A stretch of 64,000 nt of DNA, from positions 89,032,001 to 89,096,000 of the forward strand of contig OX597816.1 of NCBI GenBank assembly GCA_951406725.2. Reading direction: 5' to 3'. Positions within the stretch are counted from its first letter, which is position 1, and each line of letters begins with the position of its first letter. The notes beneath the pieces were generated by a model that searched no databases, was not told the DNA's origin, and saw only the letters and a program-made list of their open reading frames with translations. This DNA is from Octopus vulgaris (taxonomy: Eukaryota). Shown here one piece after another: positions 41,548 to 56,058 of the stretch. The position numbers and the translations under genes were made by a program.

Positions 41548-41742
41548 AAGGCCTGAAATTCGGGGGAAGAGGATAGTCAATTACATCGACCCCAGTGCGT
41601 AACTGGTACTTAGTTTATCGACTCCCAAAGAATGAATTGCAAAGTGGACCTCGTCGGAATTTGAACTCAGAACGTAGTGCCAAACAAAATAGGGCTAAGA
41701 ATTTCGTCCGGCGTGCTAACGATTCTGCCAGCTCGCCGCCTT
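41548..41742 (-). mobile_element. SINE family C, copy with a different 3' tail
   Basis: Same head and central domain as 5548-5780. Confidence 0.75.
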
Positions 41743-42201
41743 ATGATTAATAATGATAATGCTGGTGGAGTTGATAACTATACACTTGTCACTTACACAA
41801 CTGAATTCGGTGTCCTGTGGGAATTATCTAATACAAATTTTTCGTTGAACCTAATTCTCTGGTGTTCATTGTTAAGTAGTCATGAGTCACATAAGTTTTA
41901 ATTATTTTCTAACCTTTTATTTTACTTGATATTCTTTCTGGGCCACATTGTTTGGTTTTTGTTCGCAACAAAGCAACATTAAGATTCATTGCAAAACATG
42001 TGAGAAGATACAGAAGATAGGTGAATTATATTGAGTTTTATTGAAAAGCGGTTGCTTTTGAAACCAAACCAATATGAGAATGCACAATTAAAAGAAAATG
42101 AATAGGCAAAATTAGCCAATTATAAACCATGAATTTAATAGCATCAAAGATTCACAAAGATTTCATAAAGGAGCTCAATAAGCCCATTATCTTGTGTGAA
42201 T

Positions 42202-42208
42202 GTCATCG

Positions 42209-42275
<67 letters not shown>

Positions 42276-42303
42276 TACCATCATCATCATCACCACCACC
42301 ATC
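42202..42303 (+). repeat. (CAT)n microsatellite
   Basis: Direct tandem repeat. Confidence 0.95.
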
Positions 42304-42599
42304 AGTTCAGGTAGAAGATATATCAGCAACCTCCAGTGTTATTGATGATGGTTGCCTAGATGAAATTTTTATGGCCATGTAACTTAGTATGATGTACCAT
42401 CGGCTGCAGAGATGCCCAAAATTACACAATTGACATAGAAAAGCTGAACTAAATATTGGAAACATGAGTTATTATTTAACTGGGTTTTTGTTTATATTAG
42501 CAATATCAAAAATTCAAATCTGTTCTTGACTCTGTATATGTGTTCATATATGCAGACCCTATATAGCTCTGTGTTTTACAGCTAGTGATATTTAAATAT

Positions 42600-43370
42600 G
42601 TTAATGCGTGACCTATCTGATTTCTAAAGAGGGCAATTGCTGGAGCTTCAGTCACTAAAACTAACAAATTACTGAAAATTCAGCGAGAGGGCTGTCAGAA
42701 TAGTGAAACGAATTGAATCTAAAAATAAAGCATTGAACTACGAAAATGAGAGAAGAGCTAAACCATCACCTTGCCTAACCCGGTGTTAACCCACATTGTT
42801 TGTTGTGAGTTCCGTGGGAGAACAGCCGTTACTAAGCTGCTCCGCCATCAGTATTGCTAATTAGAAAAAACGGTGACCAGACATTCAGAAATGGTCAACA
42901 GCTCATTAGTACAAGGTCATTTTCTCCGATAAATTATTCTTCACTCTTTTGTTCACTTCGAAGTTATTTTACTTTTGGAGACAGCTGAATCCTGGCATTT
43001 TAGGCATATCAAGAACCATGCAGCTATCGCTGTCATACTTTGAGCAGCCGTATCATATAATTTTCTTGGTTCGTTAGTTGCTCGAAGTGGCAGAGAAAAC
43101 GCTGAGAATTATTTGAGTATTTTAGCTAAACACTTTTCAATGGCAAAAGCAGTATTTTCTCATAGTAGCACAGTCTCCTAGGACGATAATGCACAAAGAA
43201 CACAACTGTGAATTAGATCACTTAAACTGGTTCCGTAATCACCTGATTTTGACTTATTCGGAAATCTATACTACATTTTGGAGCAGCAAGTGAGTAGCCG
43301 CCACCCTCTGACATAGTCATAGTTTTTACTTGAAGAAGGACTGAAAATTACATTCTCTGAAATTTAATTA
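42600..43370 (+). mobile_element. Tc1-like transposase remnant
   Basis: Motifs DLSDF*RGQ..GASVTKT, VIFSD..FTLF, *DDNA and an SPD-like motif, in the expected order. Confidence 0.6.
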
Positions 43371-43599
43371 TCTCTGAAGTATTGACAAATAAATCATTAA
43401 TATTATATAACTAATAATAATCTATCATAGAAACGCACATAAGATGGTGTAACTAAATATAAGATAAACGATCATTCAAATTTTGTTTCGTTTTCCACTT
43501 ATACTCTATGCAACATTCAAACACAATTGTTATAATGTATATAAAGGCAGAACAATTGAAAAGCATTTTCTAAAAGTTATGGTATTGCCTTTTCTTTTT

Positions 43600-44160
43600 C
43601 AAATTGATGCCCATTCTGGTTCAGAGATTGTTGACAATGCGAAGCAATGGGGTCGCAAGGACGAAGTAGCATATCATTAGGTATTTGAGTGCATTCTCGC
43701 TAAATAGCAATACTCAGTTCAACGACTATTGTTGGATTTGTATCGTACACTCTATGTTTTGAGTGCCTTCATAAGAAAAAGTCTGAATGGGTGAGGTCTG
43801 GTGAACGAGGAGGGTATTCAACAAAAAAACTTATTTCGATCCCTGTTTGATAAGATCTCATTAAGGTAGGATCATGATGTTTCATCTTGCTGAATATAAA
43901 ATTCCTCATCTTCCAAGACTTCTTTAATGCTTGACCTGACAGACTGCTGTGAGATATTCAAGTAAACGGGATCCAGTCACACTAGCGTCAAAAAAGAATA
44001 TTCCAATTGATTCTCTTGATGTAATGCCAAACTGTAATTCCTGGTAAATTATCTCTATGTTCCACCATAACAAGTGGATTTTCAGACCGCCAATATGTGC
44101 AATTATGTCAGTTAATTCAACCATTTGATTTAAATATGGTCTCAGCACTCCACACAACTT
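43600..44160 (-). mobile_element. DD41D-like Tc1/mariner transposase remnant
   Basis: Motifs VVWS.E..FK.NG..N.HNCTYW.SENP, QQD and EYPPRSPDLT.SDFFL. Confidence 0.7.
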
Positions 44161-45067
44161 TTGTTGGAAGGCGCGCGCGCGCGTGTGTGTAATCGGATAA
44201 CCGCAAAGTTACTGACGCAGCAACTTTCATTTTTATTTTCTTTTTTGAGATTGTGGGCGTATTTATGGAACATATATCATTGTACTTTAAGGTTTATAAT
44301 GCTTGTTACCCTTGGTATTGCCACTAAAACTGCTCTCCCAAACATTTAACGTATATGTTTGCCTATGATATTAAAGGAAAATATTTTCTTTTGGTGAGAA
44401 AACGAAGCGGCAGTCACAAAAATAATACTAAAATGGATACTGTTATCGGCGTTGTTGATGCTCTTCAGGACGTAAGACTGTGAGAAACGGTAATACTTAA
44501 GCTTTAATGTAAATATTATTCAGCAGTGCATCTACATTTCTGAGAAAAAACCTACTTGATGTCATCTTTGTCGTTCAATCCACCACCATCACTACTAGTT
44601 TGAGAAATTTAAAGTAAAATAAAATATTATGGTCGTTTCAATCACCAACACAATTACGGACATTATGTCAGTTTGTGTAGAGTTTATCAACATCGCCACA
44701 CAGTCATCATAAGACACCAGCGCCAGTAGAGTCCCAGCACCAACAAAAACATCATCATCATCGTCAGCAGCAACAGTATAGTCTTCACCATCCACAGCAG
44801 CATAGTTCCAGTAATCACTGTCTGAAATAAGAATGAAAACAGGCTTTAACACCCTAAAAGTTTTGCTGGTTCTACTGACATAGCAGTCATACATAGCGGT
44901 TTACAAATTGCTTATAACAAACAGCATCACCCCTATACGCAGCCATTTCTTTTAATATTACAGTAACAAAACAAACGTTCTGAATCAAAGAGAAAACAAG
45001 TACGTAATATATCATTAGCACAATATGAATGGCCAAGTGGATAAATGGTTAGAATGATATATCAATA

Positions 45068-45930
45068 TACAGGGTGACAATGCAGTTACTATACAGTTAC
45101 TTATAAAAAAAAAAACAAAGCAATACACACGACACAGAAACAGATTCACGATTATAACTTATAAATCCTCAAAGTTGGTTTATAATTGTAGCTTATAAGA
45201 AGTTGATCTAACCAGTGAGAGAAAGTTACGTAATATATTATCTAACTGAATGCGTTATACTTTTTGGCTTGTTCTCGAGTGTTATTTTTAATTATGTCTC
45301 GCCAAATAACTAGCTAAGAGTCAATTCATTCTGAAAAGGCACTGGAAACATGAAAATCCTACAGATGTCATCAAGCAATGGCAGGAAACATTTGAAACAC
45401 CTCCTCCAAACGACTGACTATTTATCAAAATTTGAGATAAATTCAACAACATAGCCTCTGTGCTAGATACTCCACGCTGTGGTCGACCAAAACAACTCGC
45501 ACAGAAATCAACAAGACGTTGTGTTCTGCAGTTGGGTATAAATAGAAGATCGCTTCAGATAATGCTGGAAGTATTAACCTACAAGTCTTACATACTATTA
45601 CTTATCCGTGGATTAATTGAAGATGATGGGCATTGTCGTTTACAGTACTGTAAAATCTTCGTTAATCATTGTGAAGTTACACCTCCTCCTTTACTCGATA
45701 AGATAGTGTTGTCTGACGAAACACAATTCAAGCTATCTGCAACTGTAAACAAACACAATTGCACGTACCGGGCGTCAGAGAATCTTCATCGAACCGTCCA
45801 AAATCAGTTGAGCCAACCAGAAGTCACTAATTAACAAAAACCATTTTAATAACAAATTTCTGGACTTTTGATTAATTACTTTGTCTTAATTGTTATTGTA
45901 ACTGTATAGTGCCTTTATCGCCACCCGGTA
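45068..45930 (+). mobile_element. DD41D-like Tc1/mariner element with TIRs, internally deleted
   Basis: TIRs TAC(A/C)GGGTG..ACTATACAGTTAC; motifs PRCGRPK and IVLSDETQFKLSATVNKHNCTY; ends before the second catalytic D. Confidence 0.75.
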
Positions 45931-46359
45931 TATTTGTATTGGGTATTCTAATATAAGCAGGAAAAAGCGACACAGAAGATTTCGTCGGAGATACATTAGT
46001 TTGATCAGATTTATGTGTAGGTGGTTTGTAGATATTTGTTTAAAGTAATCAATGAGATTTTCAGGGAACTCGATATGAGTAGTCGGAGCCTGTTTTTATA
46101 GTTGATGACAATGTTGTTTCTGATAATTTCTGAACTTCCTTCAGTCCCTAATCGCATCGGTGTATATTTTATAAGAAAAAAAATACAATTTTTAAAATTT
46201 GAATTTGATTAGGGAGAAAATAGATCTGAGCATACTGAGGACTGGTATCTAACAGTTTAACTTCTTAAAAGTAAAATGTCCTCGTAGCATACATCCTCAG
46301 CAGAAACTTTTCCACGAGGATAGCCGTGGTGGAATGCTCACTCAGGAACCCATTTTCCA

Positions 46360-46570
46360 ATATAAGACGAAGAGACGTTTATGTAGTGATGATCTCTAAA
46401 TATTGCATCGAATACAAGAGTCTCAACTCATGGCTCACCACTTCATCCTACGTGGATATCCTTTCACCACTATTCACACCGCCCTTGCCAGAGCACGTAC
46501 CGTGGACCGTGCATCTGCTCTCTCTCCCCCCGAACCCGCCCAGCCGTCTCCCGCCTCCCCGTTTCCCCAG
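46360..46570 (+). mobile_element. Penelope-like element RT-thumb fragment
   Basis: Translates to RLCSDD...MAHHFILRGYPFTTIHTALARARTVDRASALS. Confidence 0.6.
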
Positions 46571-46589
46571 TACCGTAGACAATAGGTAG

Positions 46590-46696
46590 GAAAAGGTGAA
46601 ACACCGGTTCCCGAGACTAAAGGTCTTCACCTACGTAAGGTGTTGTTATCTGTTTGGTGGGATCTGAGAGAGTTAGTCTACTTTGAACTTTTAAAC

Positions 46697-46698
<2 letters not shown>
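46590..46698 (+). mobile_element. mariner transposase fragment
   Basis: Translates to KGLHLRKVLLSVWWDLRELVYFELL. Confidence 0.7.
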
Positions 46699-46793
<95 letters not shown>

Positions 46794-48867
46794 TATGTAT
46801 GTATGTATGTATATGTTGAACTCCTGGCTCGGATCACTTGTAGATCGATAATTGTGATATATAAGACCTACTAACGGCTCATTTTCTGGAATTTGTAAAG
46901 TTTGACCAATCTAGTATCAATTAGAGTTCCACGAAGTAGCGCGGAATATAATATAAGCATGTATAATAATATTTAAGACATTTGTGTATACTCCAACGTG
47001 AGAAGATCTTGCCTTAAAGAAAAAGGTGCGGAAGAAATATCTTTCTCTTAGACTACGTGTGTGTAAATATATTGAGATATGCAATTACTGTTCGGAGAAC
47101 GCATTCAGTTCAGCTTCGAGCCATGATAACTAATTCCAGCGTATTTTTAACGTGTAAACTCGAAGTAGATAATGCTATAAGTAATAGAGTGCATAGTATT
47201 GCTTGCATTTCTTATATATCACAACTCTCGTTCTGATAGAGTTGTGAACTGGGTAGTTGTAGTTAATACCGCGTACCACCACAGAAACGCATGTGTGCCA
47301 CGGTACGATAACGTCATTCATACCCCAAAAATTTTGTCTCAGAATTTTCTCCGAAGATTATTTCCGCAGCAAACGATCATCCCATGGTCGAGTGTACTCA
47401 AATGAGTTAAATATCATTGTACAGGCAGCTTCAATGCTGCTTCTTTCGACTCTATTCAATGTGTGTGCACGCGCGTGTGTATGTGTGTACAAAGGAAGAT
47501 AAATTACATAATTAAATACATAATACATTCAAAGCTAGTAATTTACAGGCTAATGAACTCTTAGTTCAATTAAGATGTTTTCGTGGATATAGTAATTCTG
47601 CACCATGTGGTCTTTCATACTTTTTATTGGTTAGCTTGATCAGATGATAATGTAAATGGCATGTAGTTTTGATATGGAGCAGCGTAGTCTTCTTGGCTGA
47701 TGGCCTGTTCATCTCGTTGTTTATGTGATTTTAGATATTTATTCAGAAACCGATACAGGAATATCATGGAGTGTTTGTAGCTCTTTAACTTTGGTTACGA
47801 TTGTGTATTTGCTTTGCGATGCCTTCCAAGTAACTATGCTAACTTTTATATTATATTTTTTAAAGAGATTATTGACCGTTGAGACTGCCAGGTGCCAGAG
47901 AAATGTTATTTTATCATTATCAAGAAATTCCAGCGGTATATCTTGAAGTATGTCTGCTGCTCTTTGGCGTTAATACTGCGCAAAGATTTTTCTTTATTCT
48001 TTCCTTTAAAACAACGTGTGTTGAATATGTCAATGTACAGGGATGTGACATGTTTGAATATAACCCTCAGTGCCGATTGGGTATATCTCAACGAATATTA
48101 AATATTCTTTTTTTACTTCAGGTGAAATATCTAATGGAAATATTTTGCTACTATTTTCGTTGAACTCTCTATAAGAACGATGCACACCTACGTTCAAGTC
48201 TTATGTGATATCTAAACAGAAACAAAAAATTGATGATACTGAAGTTAGTGTTGGATTAAATTTTTCAATTAAATTCTTGTAATACACCTATTAATGTTGT
48301 CTTGGAGACGTTTAATTTAATCACTTCTCTTTTTGACAAAGAAAAATTCACCAGAAGGCAAGATTTAGTAACTTCCTTTGATAGAATATTATGCTTATAA
48401 GGTGAAATGTTATAAGTCTCACTAATAAATGTTTTACCAAATTTTAAAGCTTTTTTTATTCGTACGTTTAATGAACATACACAAGTTTGTCGATAGACCT
48501 CAGTTGTGTAACCATACGACACACACACACAAGATCTCGCTCTATTTCTCTCCCTTTTTCTCCCTCTTTCCCTATCTTTGTATCTTTCTTGCTTTCTTGC
48601 TTTCTTTCTTGTCTTTCTTCTCTGCTTATTAAATGTATGCATGCAACTTTACAAAATATTAACAAATATCCAACCTCAGAAAGTCACTTCAAAATTTTAA
48701 ACTATGCACCATCCATATGTTTGTGTATTTCTTTGGGTCAGTGTATGTGCAATACATGGTTAATAACTTAGCCGATGGGAATTAGTAAGTTACCATCTAT
48801 AAAACACATTTATAATTCTTAAATGTATTGAGTGCACTCAAATGCCGAATTAATTAAGAAAACACAC

Positions 48868-48939
<72 letters not shown>

Positions 48940-50126
48940 AGATATATACTTATATATATGATATATATATATATATGTGCGTCTTTGTACATACTATACA
49001 TATATATACATGCATACACTTCTCTCTATCTTTCTCCCCCCCCCTCTTCACATGTGTGTGTGTTTATACATACAGGAATGCATATATATGTTTGTGAGTG
49101 CGGTTATGAGATCAGTGTACGTATCAATGCGTTTTATATTTGTTTAAAGTTTTTTTTCTTTTATTCTTTTATTTATCAGTTATTAATTTGGAGATGTTTT
49201 TTTTATAAACTTTCGTTATTTACATCTTGTTCTCCGTTGCTTTATTGTTTGGTGAAATTGCGGCGAGATGAAATTGAAATATGAACGGAATATCAAAAGT
49301 TCAGAACTTATTAAAGAATTCTTCGGGTCATAGCATAGCATTGTTTGGCAGTTAACCTTTACTTAAACGAGATTAATTAGCTTACTAAAAGATTTGAAGC
49401 GTTTGCTTTGAATTTCTTTCTTTACCTTTACTAAATTTTGTGTGGTTTGAAATCTTTTATAGTTTCCACGGGCTAGCTGCTCATAACTTTCATTCTTTTC
49501 GTTGTTTTTATCCATCTCTCCCCCTCTCCAATTTCATTATCTGTCTTTCTCTCCCTTTTATTTTTCAAAAGATAAATGTTGTTCCAAAGATGAAAAACTA
49601 TAACAGCAACAACAACAACACAGGAAAACAAGAAGCAACGCCAGTAATTTCTTTTTAATATTTGAAAGTTTTTCCTCTCATCAGATTTGATTCGATCTGG
49701 AGTTTGATCTTTATAGCTATAGAGACTTAGTGAAAACAATAAAACTAACTGGCGGCATTCACCTCAACAGATGTGTGATAAACAAAACTAAATAGACACG
49801 CAAAAAATTCACATAAGTATGTACGTGTATATATGTGTATATCGCATGTGTGTATGTGTGTATGGGTGTATGCGTATGAGTTTTCATTAATGTATATGTA
49901 ATATTTATGCCTCTGTATATATGTGGATGGACTAGTGTACTTGCTGGAAATTATTGTGGTGGTAAAAATTAATAGCCGTGGACACTTATCCTGCTAACCT
50001 CGGATTGACGGGAAGAAGAGATTAGTTTTATTATCTTATGGTAGACAGCGGTATATCTTATATCTTCCTTCCTTAGAAAATTTAATACTCAAAATATTGT
50101 ACATTTAAACACCAGGACACGCTTTT

Positions 50127-50179
<53 letters not shown>

Positions 50180-50286
50180 AATACAAAAAATGGGATACAT
50201 ATATATATGTATATATGTATGTATGTATTTGTATATATCTATTTATATATATATTTACGGAGTATGTGTGTATATATGTATACATG

Positions 50287-50338
<52 letters not shown>

Positions 50339-51063
50339 TATATATACACGGGTGTGTATGATTGTGTATACAAGATTATACTAATCAAAGGAATTCCGAC
50401 TTTGCCTGATTTTCAAATTTTATATACAATGTTATATTTATAATAATATAATATAGGATAATATAATATAATGAAATGATAGAATATTAAATGTTCATTC
50501 TGATTGAAGAAGTACTTTCATGCGTTAAACTATCCAATCTTTAGATCCATATAGTAGTGGTGACAGTTATGTTTAAATATTTAGAACTGTAATGTGATGG
50601 CTAAAATGTGTGTCTTAAATACATTTGTATAAGCTCCAGAATGTCAAGTTTTGCAAACTGTATTCTGGCTAATCAGTGTGTGGCTTCAGTAAATTACTTA
50701 CATTGACAGGTGCTTGGTTAAGGCGTGCCGGCTTGTTGAACATTAGTAGAGGCCTCTACCTACAAGAAACTGGGTAAAAAGCCAATCTAGATCTGGAAGT
50801 AAACCTAGACCATTTCCTTAGGTTGTTAAAATCAATACTAACAAAAAATAGAAAAATAATATCCATAATACCAAAAACAGGACGGAAGACTTAACGAAAT
50901 CAAGTAAAATACCACAACCAAAACGAAAGTCCATGAAGCAAACATCAACAGGAACATAAATCATAAACAGAGAAAAATCCATTTTTTAACGTTAGGACAA
51001 CAAACACCGGAGAAAGAAAAAATCTAATGGTAATTAAAAAGGATACCACTATTACTTCACATA

Positions 51064-51576
51064 TCTATATATATAAAACTGTAGTTGTGTGAGTATCTGT
51101 CCCCTTCGATTTAGATTCCTAACTACTCCCACATTTTGCGGTGCAGTTTAACCAAATTCGGGTATCTTATAGTCGTGATTCATATCGAGCCCGTCTGAGT
51201 ATTAGCGCGCGTCTACGATGAGTCTACGATTTTAAAAATAATTTAACATAATTTTTTATTCCATTTTAATGCATAATTTTTCGTGTGTCGATGGCGGCGG
51301 AGTTGGCGTCCATGGTCACACCTGCACCTGTTTGCTTCTCCCCCATCTTCCCTCCCTCGTGAAGCTGTGGAGAAGGGAGTGTAAGGAAATCAACGTCGTA
51401 AAGCGTTGTCAAGGAGACCAGCGTTCTTTTAGAACAACGATTTCATGGCTTGAAGACACCAAAACAGAAATGGCTAAGAAAGCCCGAATTGGCATCTATA
51501 AGGGAAGTAACTCTCTAAAAATGCTTATATAGTTATTTCCCTTACAAACTCGAGCAACGCCGGGCGATACTGCTAG
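51064..51576 (+). mobile_element. Non-autonomous Helitron, copy 2 (complete)
   Basis: Ends A|TCTATATATATAAAA ... CGAGCAACGCCGGG..CTAG|T; no TSD. Confidence 0.8.
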
Positions 51577-51769
51577 TCTAATATAAACACACGGACATAC
51601 ATCAATATCGGAATTTTTAAGCGTGTCGTCCACCACATACAAAAAGAAAGAACATTTACTGCCTAGCCAGAAGAATTTGTACCATTGTAGAAGATGTGAA
51701 TATCAGGAACAAACGCCTAACAGAACTAAGAGAGTTTTTGCTCACACAAAAATGCTCGTCTCTACTTTC

Positions 51770-51800
<31 letters not shown>

Positions 51801-51959
51801 TAGTGAGCGAATGAATGAAACAGACATAATCTTAAAGAGAGGAACTATTACAGAAGGTGAGAGAGAATATATGTAACCAAGAAAAACAAATAATGAGAAA
51901 AGGAAAGGGAAGATAGAAATAAACAGAGAGAGAAAAGAGAGATAATCGGTTGAAAACTA

Positions 51960-52167
51960 CCAAAGTCACTCTGCAGTTCTTAGAGAAAAGCCCATGTGAA
52001 ACACATTTCCTCCTGGTTTCTCGCTTTACACAGGAGCTCTGGCACATAAGTAAAGTGTGTGTGTAAAGTTTGGTAAAAATCGGTTGAAAACTGTAGAAAT
52101 GCATACATACTACACACACAGACAAATATATACATACATACAGACATCCTTGTTTTATATATATAGA
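51960..52167 (-). mobile_element. Helitron-like 5' end of a second family
   Basis: The minus strand starts A|TCTATATATATAAAA, like 51064; the 3' end was not found. Confidence 0.45.
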
Positions 52168-52183
52168 TATACACGATGTACGT

Positions 52184-52225
<42 letters not shown>

Positions 52226-52854
52226 TTATATACGGAAGGTGAATGCTTGTGTTCACAAACGAAGTAAAATTACTTAATATATAAATTACAGTGCCTTCTC
52301 TTTATCAGAATTTAAATTCGTTTGAATCCTATTATTATTCAAACAATTAGAGTACAATTGCTGCGAAGAAATACATCACATCGAAATTGAATGCTTTACT
52401 GAGATTTGATTGGTTGCCAAAACCCGTTAGAAAAGGTGTAAAGCGCTCATCTATTATAATCAATGAATATATTTTCCTATCCTCCCACGAATACTCGAAA
52501 TATCACACGTGGAAAAGAATATGACATAAAGGAAGGTGACTGCTGCTGTTGCAGGTTTAATAAGAGAAGCTTCTATTCTTTCATATGTTTTATATATATG
52601 GTACTGAAAGCATGAAAATATCACAGGATATGTTCTAGATTGAATATTGAATATTGAATATTTAAGTGCGTGGTACATTTTGTCTGATGGTTTTTTGGTG
52701 ACCAATTAACTTTCCATTCAGTGTTTCAGTGTTTATAGACATATTTTTGCTAATGTATTTTCACATTTCTTCCCTATTTCAATTATTTGAGTATTCGGTA
52801 CGTGCGTCTTCAATCATGATGTGTGCTGCTTCTTTCGGATTTATATTTTTTACA

Positions 52855-52889
<35 letters not shown>

Positions 52890-52891
<2 letters not shown>

Positions 52892-53049
52892 CGCAGGCGC
52901 GACTGTGTGGTAAGATACTTGCTTTCCAACCACGTGGGTCTGGGTTTAGTCCCACTTCGTCGTACCATAAACAACTGTCTTATACTATAACCTCTGGCCG
53001 ACCAAAGTCATGTGTGTGGATGTGGTAGACTTAAACTGAAAGAAGCCCA
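52890..53049 (+). mobile_element. SINE family A, 5' half (diverged)
   Basis: Homologous to 350-510; ends at the internal microsatellite. Confidence 0.8.
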
Positions 53050-53639
53050 TATTGTGTGTGTGTGTGTGTGTGTGTATGTGAGTTTTTGTATGTTCATCTT
53101 ATCAAATATGGAAAATTCAAGTCAATAATTAGGAAATAAAAATTAAAAGTTAAAAATTAAAACAGTTTACTTTTACATTCTGTGAGTAGTTAAGAAAATA
53201 CTTGATATTTTCTCTTAACATCTCTTCTTCGTATATAAGGTTTCCTAGCAGATTAATTTTTGAAAGCTCATTTAAAACAGGATTTTTCTCAGAGATATTA
53301 CATCACGAAATCTCCCAGGGCGATAGTTATTTTGAGACGTTTGTTATTAAAGTGTTCCAATAACACCCTATAACCAATTACAATCTTCGCTTGTCTTATT
53401 CTGAGAATAAAGCTGTGTATCGAAACCTTAAATGCTTAATGAATTTAGGAAAGCTATTGTTCCAACTTAAGAATGACTGAGCAGCAGCAAAACAACCGCT
53501 GCATTAAGCCCACAAATTTACCAGAAGAGAAGAGGAATTCAGTTACATCACAACAAGTAAGAACTATTGTAGTGGCAAAGGAAGAACTACCGTTACCTTA
53601 GTAGTAAGCACTGACAGCAGCAACATCAAAGTAACAGGG

Positions 53640-55506
53640 GGGGCAGTGACAGAAGAGGAATTAAAATGTTTGATTTAGTCTTGCTGGACAAAATACCACA
53701 ATACCTAGTAGAAGCGGTACGCCACAACACCAGATTAGCAAGTTTATTTATATTCATGGTATAACAGCAGATGCACACCAGAAAAGAGATATAAACTGGT
53801 GTAAATATCCCTAGGACAAGGTGTACTCCGTTTGATAAGTATCTGGCGAGACATAGATTTTGTGACACAGAAACCCTGATGAAGAAGTACTCCACCATCC
53901 AACGAAGAATCAGGAATTTACACTGATATTATTTTATCTGGGTCGGAAAGTAATCATGGTATAAATTGCTAACATACCACAAGAGCTAAACTCCTTTTTG
54001 ATAATGAAATGTATAGTATTTGAGGAGTTAGTACGCTGTTAGGGAAAAGATGTGGTTGGAGATCTTCATTCTGGAGAAATATGAGACACTGGACAGGATC
54101 TCCGACCTAATGGAGAACCTACTAGAACCTTTTATTCTAGAAGAATATAAGAATAAAATCCAAGCAGTTAATACATTGACAGTGCACGGAGCTGTCCACC
54201 CTAAGAGTGACACCAATAGTCTGTACTTGTCCAGAGGTAAGGGTGAGAGAGGCTTGATCAGCTGCCAGGATTGGATCGAAGCAGAGGAAAACAGATTTGG
54301 GTGGTATGTAAAAACTACCGTAAAACCATTGTTGAAACATGTGAAGAAGTCCGGCGTCATCAAAATTGATAACCGTGTAAAGAAAGAAAAACTTACAGAG
54401 GAAAAGCATGGAAAGAGAAAAAAATGTACGGTCAGTTTTCAAGAGATATGAACACCAAGACAGATACAGAAGACCGGTGGCTATTAACTGGCCTGAAGAT
54501 AGAGACAGCAGTGTTTATATGTATAGCACAAGAAAAAGCATTAAAGACTAACTATGTAAAGTACACAATCGACAACAGAAGCGAGAGCGACAAATGCTGA
54601 ATGTGTGGTGAGAGGGATGAAACGGTGTGGAATATCGTTATCAAATGCCCGAAATTGGCACAACGCGATTACAAAAGACAACATGACGATGTGGCAAAAA
54701 TAAGAAGACGTGGTATGAGCAAACCCCGGAAGAAGTCACCAAGAATGAAGACTGCAAAATTTTGTGGTGAATAAAAAAAGAAAGAACATGCATGTTAAAC
54801 GACATAGCATGTCCTGGTGACAACAGGGTTAAAGATAAAGGAGAAGAAAACAACAACTACGACGATTTATATGCGCAGCTCAAGAACAAGCTTTAAGGAC
54901 CCCACTATGTGAAGTACAGAATGGAAAGCACTACCGACAGGGACAAATGCAGAATGTGTGGTGAGAGGGGTGACAATGTAACAAGAATGATCTATTGGGA
55001 GCTCTGTGGAAATCACCGTCTACGAAGACCAAACAAGTGGTATGAAGAAATCCCAAGAGGAGTCACTAAGAATGAGAATTACAAAATCCTGCGGAATGCA
55101 ATGATTCAGCGCGATCACCTGACCAGACATAGGTGAAACAAAACTTACGAACATGCATGATAATGGACATAGTATGTCCCGGTGACAACAGGTTCAACGA
55201 CAAAGAAGAAAAATGACGATTTTAAGTGGAAAATACGAAGGTTGTTTTCAATGAGGGGAGTAGGCGTGTTACCAATAGTAATTGGCGCACTTGGAAGTAT
55301 CAGCACTCAAATACCAACATGACTCAAAAATACTGGAAAGAAATGTAAAGGTAGAACACCTATAAAAGTAAGTATTGCTTAGAACTGCAAGAATTCTTCG
55401 CAGGGTTTTGAAGCATAACCAATAAACAAGTGTAACCTTAGTCTGCTGGTTGTGGACAGCTGGCACTTTCCATCATACCAAAAAAATATGCTGAGAGTTT
55501 TCATCA

Positions 55507-55507
<1 letters not shown>
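53640..55507 (+). mobile_element. Decayed Dong/R4-like LINE with duplicated C-terminal segment
   Basis: Motifs HPKSDTNSLYLSRGKGERGL and IAQEKALKTNY; DKC(R)MCGER occurs twice; ends at (AAT)n. The 5' boundary is uncertain. Confidence 0.7.
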
Positions 55508-55566
<59 letters not shown>

Positions 55567-55567
<1 letters not shown>

Positions 55568-56041
55568 TCTTGGTATAAAAGATGGGTTACAGCAAATATT
55601 CTACTCAATACCACAGATTTGCTTGTCAGTTGTTTGACCTTAACCAGTTGAGCATGTCCCTTAGTGGCTGACGATATGTGCATCTCTGATCACGAGCGGA
55701 AGTAGTGGGGGAGCATCATAGCCATGTGTTGAGAAGGATTCTTTGGGGTTTGAATAATTCACCTCTGGAAACATGGGTGTTTCGTTCAACGTCCTTAAAC
55801 AACCCTTATTCAGGGACCTTTTGAGCGGGATGGGTTACTCGATCTGAAGAAAATTCTAACTGGGCTCCACCTGCAAGGTCATGTGCTGTTTATCTTGATA
55901 TGAAATCACCATGTCGCGCACATATGGTTGTGATGCATGTGCCTGGTGTACCCTTATCAGACGGGTAGACATGATGGGTATACTGGGCTTCGTATATTTT
56001 ACCCCAGTGTCACTTTGATGGCATGCTCTGCTCGCTCACTC
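55567..56041 (+). mobile_element. ~500-bp (AAT)n-flanked interspersed repeat, copy 1
   Basis: Near-identical to 57913-58387; (AAT)n on both sides. Confidence 0.85.
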
Positions 56042-56058
56042 AATAATAATAATAATAA

